IMG/VR virus record: IMGVR_UViG_3300024518_001342 | Coordinates: 4,043-68,042 of that record | Length of the DNA stretch: 64,000 bases | DNA from: a virus | Strand: one strand, 5' to 3' | Shown: positions 8,887 through 16,725 of the stretch, piece by piece | Layout: the number at the start of each line of letters is the position of its first letter | Position numbering within the stretch: position 1 is the stretch's first letter | The notes under the pieces: model-generated | Told to the model about the DNA's origin: nothing | Seen by the model: only the letters and a program-made list of their open reading frames with translations | Database searches by the model: none | Made by a program: the position numbers and the translations under genes

Positions 8887-9203
8887 TAAAATGTCTCCTG
8901 CTCTCCGTCTTCATAAGTTATAATTGTTTTGTTGGAAGGGTGAGGATTAATATGAACCTTAATAAAATCGTCCATTGAATCAAAGATCGCAATTCCTCCG
9001 CGTGGTGGTGGATAGAGCCAATGAATGATAGCTTGTCCACTCGCCAATTTAGCGCCCTCAATGACAACACCCGCGCCGGAAACACCAGTTTGATCCTCAT
9101 CACGATAAACTGTGAAAGTTCGAATACCTCTTGGTGCCAATGATGAAGGAGGGCTAGGCTTTAGTTCTTCTAATGCCTCCGCGTGTTTCTTTTTTGTGGT
9201 CAA
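8886..9203 (-). CDS. Phage hypothetical protein (no leader)
   Basis: ORF track; RDEDQTGVSGAGVVIEG motif; the only gene inside the array without the leader. Confidence 0.7.
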   Translation of the reverse strand: MTTKKKHAEALEELKPSPPSSLAPRGIRTFTVYRDEDQTGVSGAGVVIEGAKLASGQAIIHWLYPPPRGGIAIFDSMDDFIKVHINPHPSNKTIITYEDGEQETF

Positions 9204-9205
9204 AA

Positions 9206-9907
9206 CTAACTTCCCCCTGCACCGGGGGGTGCCGAACCTTTATAGTTAGACTTGAGTTGCTTCCAGCCTGGGAGTTTTGTTTGTGCGTTTTTCTTTTTGG
9301 TTGGAGTGATGACTTGATTTATTTCTTTGTTTGCTCGCTGGGAGGTTATGGGATAATCGTTTTCGTCTAGTTCTTCTTCTTCCTCGGTTTCTTTCTTGGC
9401 ACCAAAAAATATTATATTGTCACCCGCGATACGAAACTCAAAATTAGCAGGAAGATTCTTTTTTAAGAAGCGCAAATACATTTTAGTGCGGGCAGTTTGA
9501 CCTTTGCTGCCAGTTTCCCCGCCTTTATCAATCCCTTCAAATACAAAACGCAAAATCCCCCGATTCAATTCAGGATTTGAAATAAAATCATTAACAATAG
9601 CAACGATGGTAGACATAATCCGCAAAGGGTGCCCTTCCCCTGTCTGCTTCATAGAACGATTAGCTTCAAAGTCCAAGCTCCATATGGGTACTTCTCGTTT
9701 AACATATTCGCTATCTTCCCAAGTTGTGCCTGTTTTGAAAAATACTTGATAGTCACTTCCATCTTCGCCGTTTGGATCATCAGACGACACAAAATTATAT
9801 TCTACTTCGTCTTCGTCATTAGAGCCAAGTTCCCAGTCAAAAGGTTCTGCGCTTGCGTCACCAATCTCTTTAAGATAGTTGCGCCAACTTTCAATCAATA
9901 GTTTCAT
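9206..9907 (-). CDS. Leader-array protein 11: hypothetical
   Basis: Leader MKLLIESWRNYLKE; TGEG..LRIMSTI...RTKMY core; acidic linker with LDE. Confidence 0.7.
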   Translation of the reverse strand: MKLLIESWRNYLKEIGDASAEPFDWELGSNDEDEVEYNFVSSDDPNGEDGSDYQVFFKTGTTWEDSEYVKREVPIWSLDFEANRSMKQTGEGHPLRIMSTIVAIVNDFISNPELNRGILRFVFEGIDKGGETGSKGQTARTKMYLRFLKKNLPANFEFRIAGDNIIFFGAKKETEEEEELDENDYPITSQRANKEINQVITPTKKKNAQTKLPGWKQLKSNYKGSAPPGAGGS

Positions 9908-10517
9908 CTTTTACCAACTCCTTGTTTACAATCGTGTATCCTTGGACTTCGCCTATGTTGATAAAATCAAACTGATCCAGGATAACCATTTTCTGTGGGC
10001 AATTCGTTTTGTTATTAAGATAGAAGCAAGAAATCTGTCCTACAATTTCGCTAAACAATGCCGGGACAGCCACCGGAGGAACCATTTTGACATGAGCATT
10101 GTATGCTTTTATTTCCCCACCATAGGAAAAAGGAACTTTCCTTTGGACGTGTCCGCCAAAGTCGTGAACAGTTCTAAATTTAGCATTTGTTTCGGCGTCA
10201 AAAATTGGATGTTCTGCGTCAGCCGTAGAAATTAACAATACTCCTTCTTCTTGCACTTGCTTAATCATTTGTTTAGAAGACTTATAGGGATGGTAATCAA
10301 CAAACTCAACATCAACAACGCCAACCACTCTTTCAAAGAACTTATTGACCCACTCTCCTAGTGCCTCATAACTGGCCTTGGCTCCTGGTTGTTCCATCGG
10401 GGCATCTATATATGCCTGACCAACTAATTGACGATAGAGATCCCATCCGTTCTCACCAGGCTTGAGCATTAATTTCTCGTTGATATACCCGCGCCAGTTT
10501 TCAAATAAGAGTTTCAT
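9891..10517 (-). CDS. Leader-array protein 12: putative metal-binding enzyme
   Basis: Leader MKLLFENWRGYINE; FRTVHDFGGH...GEIKAYNAH cluster of His/Asp/Glu. Confidence 0.65.
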   Translation of the reverse strand: MKLLFENWRGYINEKLMLKPGENGWDLYRQLVGQAYIDAPMEQPGAKASYEALGEWVNKFFERVVGVVDVEFVDYHPYKSSKQMIKQVQEEGVLLISTADAEHPIFDAETNAKFRTVHDFGGHVQRKVPFSYGGEIKAYNAHVKMVPPVAVPALFSEIVGQISCFYLNNKTNCPQKMVILDQFDFINIGEVQGYTIVNKELVKDETID

Positions 10518-11218
10518 AGTTCTCCTATTTGTTCTGGTGAAATAATTTTTACATCAGGTCTGTTCATTTTTCTATGAACAATTTTCTGAAGGTAGTTGTG
10601 GGATATTTCAGGAGCGATGATGGCAGTTATTTTCCAGTTATCCACAAACGCTTCATTCCAATTGCTCTCCTTCACAATACGAGGCTTCCAATCTTCTTCA
10701 TCAAAAACAAAAATTCTATCCACATAATCCACGCACCGATAAGAAATTCCTACACCCTTGTTTGCGCCTGAAGACTTAGTTCTCTCTGGATTAGCTAAAG
10801 TATAATCCACCCCTGCACCACTCATAACATCATTCATGTCATTAGCCAACAAAGTGATATGACCATCTACTACAAATCCATAATCTCCCCAGGTCGAGGC
10901 TGTTACCTCTCCCGGCAAGTATGCCGCACAACTTAACTCGTCTTTGCTGGAACCCCTTAGCAGTCTAGCACTCCCCATTCTATCTGTCCAGTGAATTGTT
11001 ATGAGACTGTCCAAGAAAGCACGATCAGCGTATTTATTATATGTTTTTTTAATTCCGCGTCCGGTTTTGATAACTTCAGGATAAGGATTGTCTAAGTTGG
11101 CTACAGGATTCCGCCTCCGATCAAATCCGCCCATCTTGCACAAGGCTTTCGCAAATTCTTCACGAGTGTTGTCATCTTCCTTCAGGAATTTACGCCAGTT
11201 TTCAATTAAGATCTTCAC
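10514..11218 (-). CDS. Leader-array protein 13: hypothetical, possible ART-like fold
   Basis: GTG at 11218 preceded by GGAGG gives MKILIENWRKFLKE; the track start at 11287 adds 23 aa; TIHW...LSC...WNEAFV pattern. Confidence 0.65.
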   Translation of the reverse strand: MKILIENWRKFLKEDDNTREEFAKALCKMGGFDRRRNPVANLDNPYPEVIKTGRGIKKTYNKYADRAFLDSLITIHWTDRMGSARLLRGSSKDELSCAAYLPGEVTASTWGDYGFVVDGHITLLANDMNDVMSGAGVDYTLANPERTKSSGANKGVGISYRCVDYVDRIFVFDEEDWKPRIVKESNWNEAFVDNWKITAIIAPEISHNYLQKIVHRKMNRPDVKIISPEQIGEL

Positions 11219-11273
11219 CTGTTTTGATCCTCCGATTACTTGTTCCAAGTCTTCATCGGTAAGTTCTCCGTCA

Positions 11274-11498
11274 TCATTTTCCATCACTCTTGAGGTATTG
11301 GATTAATTCTTTTTTTTGAGAGGTAGTCAAAGTGTGGCTCAAGATTTCCTTAACACTAGTAAAAGGAGATTCTATAAAAGTTTTTCTATCAACATCACAG
11401 TATGGACAATTCATAAAGATTCCTTTTCTTACCCCACCCAGACACAACGAACACTGCACTTTTATATAGAGCGCAAGTTCATCGCTGTCGTCGCTCAC
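11274..11498 (-). CDS. Small Zn-finger protein (CxxC...CxxC)
   Basis: CSLCLGG...CPYCD; ACTATTTA 5 nt upstream. Confidence 0.6.
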   Translation of the reverse strand: MSDDSDELALYIKVQCSLCLGGVRKGIFMNCPYCDVDRKTFIESPFTSVKEILSHTLTTSQKKELIQYLKSDGK

Positions 11499-11503
11499 TT
11501 ATA

Positions 11504-11511
11504 TAAATAGT
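11504..11511 (-). promoter_or_regulatory. ACTATTTA putative late-promoter motif heading the leader array
   Basis: Intergenic, just downstream of the hsp20 terminator. Confidence 0.6.
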
Positions 11512-11534
11512 ATCAAAACAAACCTTAATGGTAT

Positions 11535-11566
11535 AAAAAAAGGGCATCTTGCAAGCAAGACACCCT
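11535..11566 (-). terminator. Rho-independent terminator after hsp20
   Basis: Minus strand AGGGTGTCTTGC-TT-GCAAGATGCCCT followed by a T run. Confidence 0.75.
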
Positions 11567-11599
11567 GATTCTACTCTACCTATGATCGTTGAGCGTAGA

Positions 11600-12007
11600 T
11601 TACTTAATCTTAATTTGTCGTGGCTTGGTGGCTTCACTCTTTGGGAGTGTTACCACAAGGACACCACTTTTATAAGACGCGCAAATATTTTCAACATCGC
11701 AACCGTTCGGAAGTTCATAACTTTTTGAATATTTAGTTGCGTAAGCGTAGTGATCTTTTTTGTCACCCACATCGTAACTCACAGTTAATACCGAATTTTC
11801 AAGTGCGATGTTAAAATCTTTCTTTTCCAATCCTGGTGCCGCTAGAGATATTTCATAATCTTCTTTATTCTCGCGAACGTTCGGAGCGTGTCGATCCCGT
11901 GATTGTTTTACCAGCGGGGATTTATAAATCTCGCTCCACCCATTAAACATTTCATCCAAAATGTTTAGTCCATAATTGTTGTTGTCTCTAAATGTCAATG
12001 CAGTCAT
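11600..12007 (-). CDS. Small heat-shock protein (Hsp20/alpha-crystallin)
   Basis: NVRENKEDYEISLAAPGLEKKDF...ASYKSGVLVVTLPK and C-terminal IKI; start re-called to ATG 12007 behind AAGGAGG. Confidence 0.9.
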   Translation of the reverse strand: MTALTFRDNNNYGLNILDEMFNGWSEIYKSPLVKQSRDRHAPNVRENKEDYEISLAAPGLEKKDFNIALENSVLTVSYDVGDKKDHYAYATKYSKSYELPNGCDVENICASYKSGVLVVTLPKSEATKPRQIKIK

Positions 12008-12065
12008 TCTTGCATCCTCCTTGTGCATATTAAAAGCACGGCTTGGTTAGCGTCAAGTAAAAAAA

Positions 12066-12335
12066 TCACCCTAAAAGTAATTTTTTGGCGAATTTGATTT
12101 TTTCATTAATAATTTGTGGAGTGCCAACCGCAATCATAGACCCACCATGAGATAAGAAAATCTCTACAAATTGATGATCGGGGTTCAAGCCCTCGGGCAA
12201 TTTGTTTTGATGAAGCAACATGATATATTGATCACTGGGGTTTACTGAAACAATGTGATTTGGATTTAAGGATGTTTCGCGCAAATAAAATTCATCATTT
12301 TGATTTGCTCGGACAACTTGAGTTAATTTAATCAT
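12066..12335 (-). CDS. Hypothetical protein, weak FlbD-like resemblance
   Basis: MIKLT...LNPNHIVSV pattern. Confidence 0.5.
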   Translation of the reverse strand: MIKLTQVVRANQNDEFYLRETSLNPNHIVSVNPSDQYIMLLHQNKLPEGLNPDHQFVEIFLSHGGSMIAVGTPQIINEKIKFAKKLLLG

Positions 12336-12705
12336 TTGTGTTTTCTGCTCCCTCTACTGCTAAAATGTCTTGGGGTGAAACTTCTTGCGTCCCTTGTGGA
12401 ATGGCTGAAGTATGAAAATCTTCTTCTGGTTTTATTCCCAATTTAATATTGGTGTCGGCTTTCACATAGCCACCTAAAATTGAGGCGTAGTCTAATAGCT
12501 TTTGATCTATCTTGGCTAATCTAATTCTGGTTTCATCCATCATCACTAATGTTTCTGTAATGTTCCCATCATTAATGGATAAGATCGCATCGTTCAGGTT
12601 TATTTCGAGATGAGGAAGATCATTTTCTTTTATGTTCCCCAGTAATTCATATACCGTTGTGGGGATGTCTTCGAGTTCGCATTGATATGCTATTGTTACT
12701 TTCAT
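12328..12705 (-). CDS. Hypothetical protein
   Basis: ORF track; in operon context. Confidence 0.65.
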   Translation of the reverse strand: MKVTIAYQCELEDIPTTVYELLGNIKENDLPHLEINLNDAILSINDGNITETLVMMDETRIRLAKIDQKLLDYASILGGYVKADTNIKLGIKPEEDFHTSAIPQGTQEVSPQDILAVEGAENTND

Positions 12706-13425
12706 TTAACAGGAGGCTCCTTTTTTATTTGGTTTCATTAAGTGTCTTTGCTCTACGCTAATGGGGTTGCTATGTCCCATTGGCAAAATAATATAACCTT
12801 TGCCCCCTTTAACAGCGGACAAGGTATTCGCCTCGGTGCTTATCACAAAGCATAAACGATTTGCAAATTCGCGCAACCTACAATAAGCGGAGTCACGACC
12901 AAAAGTAGATCGCAGTTGGACCATCGAGCCCTTTACAAACTTTGGCAGATCGCGAGCGTTGCTCATTACATTTTGGGCGTATTTGTTGGTGGACATTTTG
13001 ATATATTTATGACGCGGTGGAATATATTCTTCGTCATTAATAATGTGTGAAGCCATGTTCGTCCAATAGCCCGCGTTAAGATAATAGCGAGCAAGCAACT
13101 TTGCATCCTCGCGGTAATTCGCGTTGTATTCTTCGGTCCACCCCTTGAGTTTTTCTTTTTCGCCGGGAGAATATCGACTCTCAACCTTTTCAAATGAGGA
13201 AAGTTGGCCCGCAGTTAAGAAGCCATTTTTATCGTGCCATTCTTTAAGAGAGGTCACAAAAGATTTAGTTGAGGCATTTAGATTCTCTTTTAGAATCTTG
13301 TCTAGGCGAGTGCCCAAATTAGGATCGGTCTTTTTTTCCTTGCGAGCATGATGATCGTGAACCGAATTGGTTCGCGGGTTTGCATAAAATCGTTGTCTAG
13401 CGTAAATTTGATTTGTTCCAGTCAT
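12706..13425 (-). CDS. Hypothetical protein
   Basis: Start re-called to ATG 13425 with AGGAGG SD; TTGACT-N17-TAGTAT promoter-like sequence upstream. Confidence 0.7.
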   Translation of the reverse strand: MTGTNQIYARQRFYANPRTNSVHDHHARKEKKTDPNLGTRLDKILKENLNASTKSFVTSLKEWHDKNGFLTAGQLSSFEKVESRYSPGEKEKLKGWTEEYNANYREDAKLLARYYLNAGYWTNMASHIINDEEYIPPRHKYIKMSTNKYAQNVMSNARDLPKFVKGSMVQLRSTFGRDSAYCRLREFANRLCFVISTEANTLSAVKGGKGYIILPMGHSNPISVEQRHLMKPNKKGASC

Positions 13426-13520
13426 AAAGCCTCCTACCAACTTATGTTTTAATACTACCATAGTTAAATATATGAGTCAAGAACTTTGTTTAATAAGGGT
13501 TTTCGTGGTAGGATAAACCA

Positions 13521-13814
13521 CTATTGAAGGAGACTGATTATATAAGCGCCCACGGAACCAACCAACACAGAAAGAATGAGCCATGTAATTTTATCGCCTC
13601 TTTTCTTTTCTTCCTCAACTACACGCAAGCGAGCATAAAGGCCTTTGTCTGGATTATAAACGGCTTCTTTAATTTTAGATACATCGGCACTCATCGTTGT
13701 TTGACTATTATTAATAATTTCAATAGCAGATAAGAGTTTTTCTTCAAGTGAGGTTATACGGGTGCATAATTCATAAACTTTGACTTCGCTGGGGGATGGG
13801 CTTTTCTCGGGCAT
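13521..13814 (-). CDS. Coiled-coil protein with C-terminal TM helix (possible holin/membrane protein)
   Basis: C-terminal ITWLILSVLVGSVGAYIISLL; ACTATTTA 4 nt upstream (13819-13826). Confidence 0.6.
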   Translation of the reverse strand: MPEKSPSPSEVKVYELCTRITSLEEKLLSAIEIINNSQTTMSADVSKIKEAVYNPDKGLYARLRVVEEEKKRGDKITWLILSVLVGSVGAYIISLLQ

Positions 13815-13832
13815 ACTCTAAATAGTGGTCAG

Positions 13833-15407
13833 TTATGGCTTTTGCTCCACAATTCCCACATCAGTAGTCAATAATGTTGATGCCGCCGATGCTGCGTTTT
13901 GGAGAGCGCATCGAGTAACCTTGAATGGATCAATAATACCATAAGTAAACATATTTACTATTTCCCCTGTAGAAATATCCAAGCCAGATTCAGGGTTCGT
14001 ATGATTTTCTACCTTCTCTAAATAAATATCGGGAGACAACCCGGCATTGGAAACCATTTTCCTGAATGGTTCTTTAATTGCTTGCTTTATAATGTCCACT
14101 CCAATTTGTTGTTCGTGTGTTTCAACTTCCACCTCGATCTTATTTGCTACTCGCAACAAAGGCGCGGAGCCACCAGCCATGATGCCTTCTTGCTGTGCTG
14201 AATGGACTGCTTCCAGAGCATCTTCAACTCTGTGTTTCTTTTCCATCATTTCTATTTCAGTGATACCACCTACCTTAATAACAGCAATAGCTGACGCAAG
14301 GCGCGTTATTCTTTCTTGTATCTTTTCACATATATTAAGACTAGATTCTTTTTCAATCTCCTCCTTTAATAACTCAATTCTTTTCTCAACTTCTTCGTCG
14401 TCTTGGTTGCCCCCAACAATAATGGTCGCTCTCTTGTCCGACTCAATACTTTGGGCAGTGCCAAAGTGTGGTAGTTTGATGTCCTTGAGATGAAGTCCGC
14501 TTTCTCGTGATATAAAAGTTGCTCCCGTTGAAATGGCTAAATCAGCTAATATATTTCTCCTCTCCTCGCCATAGCGCGGTGCTTTGATTCCAGCTACTCG
14601 CATAGATCCTTTCATGGAATTCATAATCATAGCAGCAAGAGCCTGACCTGAAATGTCTTCTGCAATAATAATAAACGCTCGACCATCTCGTGCCGCGATC
14701 TCTAGTGACGGCAGGATATCATCAATGGTTGTAATATTTTTATCTGTTACCAAAATTAAACAATCTTCGTGCTTCATTAGTCCGCGACGTTCATCAGTTA
14801 TGAATGCGTTAGCCAACAACCCCGAATCAAATTGGAAACCTTCGGTCAACTCTAAAGAAGTTTCATTGGACTTTGCTTCTTTGATTGTTATTGCTCCACC
14901 TTTACCGACTTGATCAACTGCATTAGCAATCAGTTTTCCAATTCCCTTATCACCATTCGCAGAAATCGTGGCTACTTGTTCAATTTCTTCTTTTGTAGAA
15001 ACCGGACGAGAGTGCTCTCTTAGTTCAGTCACAATCGCATCCACAGCCAAATCAATTCCGCGTTTCAATTCTATAGGAGAAGCACCCGTAACCAAATGCG
15101 TCTGTGCTTTCTGAAGAATCGCCCTAGCCAAAACTGTTGCCGTGGTGGTTCCATCCCCTGCGGTGGAGTTAGTTACTTCACTGGCTTGCTTAATAACTTG
15201 AGCCCCTAGATCCTCAAAGGGATCTTGGAATTCAACAAACCGCGCAACCGTCACACCATCCTTTGTAATAAGGGGTCGTTGATTGTGGTTCTTTAATATT
15301 ACATTCCTGCCACGAGGACCAAGAGTTGCGCCAACCGCGTCGGCTAACTTATCCACACCATTCATTATGGCTTCGTTTAGTTTTCTTCCTGATTTATAGT
15401 GTTTCAT
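13833..15407 (-). CDS. groEL: Chaperonin GroEL
   Basis: TLGPRGRNV, ITKDGVTVA and AGDGTTTATVLA motifs; no C-terminal GGM tail. Confidence 0.95.
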   Translation of the reverse strand: MKHYKSGRKLNEAIMNGVDKLADAVGATLGPRGRNVILKNHNQRPLITKDGVTVARFVEFQDPFEDLGAQVIKQASEVTNSTAGDGTTTATVLARAILQKAQTHLVTGASPIELKRGIDLAVDAIVTELREHSRPVSTKEEIEQVATISANGDKGIGKLIANAVDQVGKGGAITIKEAKSNETSLELTEGFQFDSGLLANAFITDERRGLMKHEDCLILVTDKNITTIDDILPSLEIAARDGRAFIIIAEDISGQALAAMIMNSMKGSMRVAGIKAPRYGEERRNILADLAISTGATFISRESGLHLKDIKLPHFGTAQSIESDKRATIIVGGNQDDEEVEKRIELLKEEIEKESSLNICEKIQERITRLASAIAVIKVGGITEIEMMEKKHRVEDALEAVHSAQQEGIMAGGSAPLLRVANKIEVEVETHEQQIGVDIIKQAIKEPFRKMVSNAGLSPDIYLEKVENHTNPESGLDISTGEIVNMFTYGIIDPFKVTRCALQNAASAASTLLTTDVGIVEQKP

Positions 15408-15433
15408 TTGACATGATTCTCCTTAGAAGGACA

Positions 15434-16720
15434 TTATATCTCTAAAAAATTCCCCTGTGTAATATTTTTTTCTACTAGCTGTTGGTAACTGGCTCCGGTC
15501 ACTGACAACAAACGTTTGCGAGATTCATGAATGTTATCGTCCATAATATCCACACCAAATGTTGTTTGAAGTGCTTCCTCGGGCGTTGAGCCTTTGCTCA
15601 TTTTGTGCTTCACAATTTCCACCAAAAAATTACCATTTCCGCAACAAGGCTCTAAGAACTTCTTTTTCTTTCCCCAATCACTTTCTGGTAGCTTTCCGAG
15701 CATTTGTCTAATTTTAGCGGGCGGGGTAAAAACTTCTCCCAAATTCTCCACTCGCTCTTTTGTCTTGGTTTTAGATTTCTTCTGTTTAGTTTTAGATTTC
15801 TTCTGTTTAGTTGTGATGGGCGGTGAAAAATAATTATTAATGTAGTCTACGTGGTGCTTGCTCAATCCATATTGCCCACACAACTCCTCAAGCGAATAGG
15901 ATGCGTCACGCAGTATGTTGGGGAGAGACTTGAACACCTTCTCATTTCCAAACCCTGACCACCGGCCGGTGGCAAAAATATATTTAAATAAATTAGAAGA
16001 TAAGTTGTGCAAAAGGTGCCTTCCTTCTTCCTCGTTCTCCACAGTTACATAATAACACATATCGGTCCCACCATGAATACCCAGATCCAGAAAAGGGTGA
16101 GTATACCCACTTCGAGTCCACATTACCTTGGGCTGCGCGGCGAATGATTGCCGCCTTGAGGAATACCACACTTGCCTATTGGTGTGAAAAACTGGATTAA
16201 TGTGGTCCGGTAACATAAACCGCTTGCTCAAAGAATTTCCCTTCTTCAATATAATGTTGTGACAAGTAACGTAGTCATACTTGACATCCAACTTTTCACT
16301 CGGCTCAAATATTACTTTTTTATGAATCTCATAAGCCTCTTGACATAAGTCATTTGGCAAGTAAAAAGTATCATCGTCAAAAGATATTCCAAAGGAACTT
16401 GAATTTTTTGTAACCGTAGAAGAAAAAGACCGATCTGGTGTATTTTCAATTAGATAATCACTAAACGTTGAGCCAATATCGGGAAAAGAAGTGCCGGTGT
16501 CAAGATCCACATAATGAACCTTATATTTCTTAAAGTATTTTAGAATCTTGCTACTGGGACTGCACCAGCTTTGGGGAGTTATCCACAGTAATTTTCCCCC
16601 CTCGTTTAAGGAGCCCATCGCTTTCTTAGTAAAGTCTATCCACACCTTATGTGGGGTGGTATTTCGTTTTTGCCGATCCTGAAAAGGAGGGTTACTAGCA
16701 ATAACATCGAAAGTCTTCAT
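15434..16720 (-). CDS. N6-adenine DNA methyltransferase with permuted motif order
   Basis: NPPF (motif IV) at the N-terminus; GEVFTP (X), FLEPCCGNGNF (I), GVDI (II) and GNFL (III) at the C-terminus. Confidence 0.85.
   Translation of the reverse strand: MKTFDVIASNPPFQDRQKRNTTPHKVWIDFTKKAMGSLNEGGKLLWITPQSWCSPSSKILKYFKKYKVHYVDLDTGTSFPDIGSTFSDYLIENTPDRSFSSTVTKNSSSFGISFDDDTFYLPNDLCQEAYEIHKKVIFEPSEKLDVKYDYVTCHNIILKKGNSLSKRFMLPDHINPVFHTNRQVWYSSRRQSFAAQPKVMWTRSGYTHPFLDLGIHGGTDMCYYVTVENEEEGRHLLHNLSSNLFKYIFATGRWSGFGNEKVFKSLPNILRDASYSLEELCGQYGLSKHHVDYINNYFSPPITTKQKKSKTKQKKSKTKTKERVENLGEVFTPPAKIRQMLGKLPESDWGKKKKFLEPCCGNGNFLVEIVKHKMSKGSTPEEALQTTFGVDIMDDNIHESRKRLLSVTGASYQQLVEKNITQGNFLEI
15768..15809. repeat. 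Perfect 21-nt tandem duplication encoding (TKQKKSK)2
   Basis: gttttagatttcttctgttta x2. Confidence 0.9.
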
Positions 16721-16725
16721 AGGCT

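Larger units (their letters stand above)
3326..11218 (-). repeat. Dispersed ~42-nt repeat encoding the shared N-terminal leader (13 copies at gene starts)
   Basis: Copies at start codons 3368, 4057, 4681, 4988, 5587, 6621, 6983, 7327, 7965, 8886, 9907, 10517 and 11218. 3326-3367 and 4015-4056 are identical over 42 nt; the plus-strand core cgccagttttcaaataagagtttca recurs at 8861 and 10492. Confidence 0.9.

Noticed and set aside
3326-11218. Leader repeats as a CRISPR array or attC-like integron sites
   Set aside because: Spacing is about 300-1000 nt, every copy is in frame at a start codon, variation is mostly synonymous or conservative, there is no palindromic structure, and no cas or integrase gene is in the window.
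1622-15407. Interpreting iscUA, groEL and hsp20 as a bacterial chromosome segment or prophage flank
   Set aside because: They are interleaved with phage-type genes and the ACTATTTA motif, lack their normal operon partners, and share strand and gene density with the virion module; no integrase or att site is seen.
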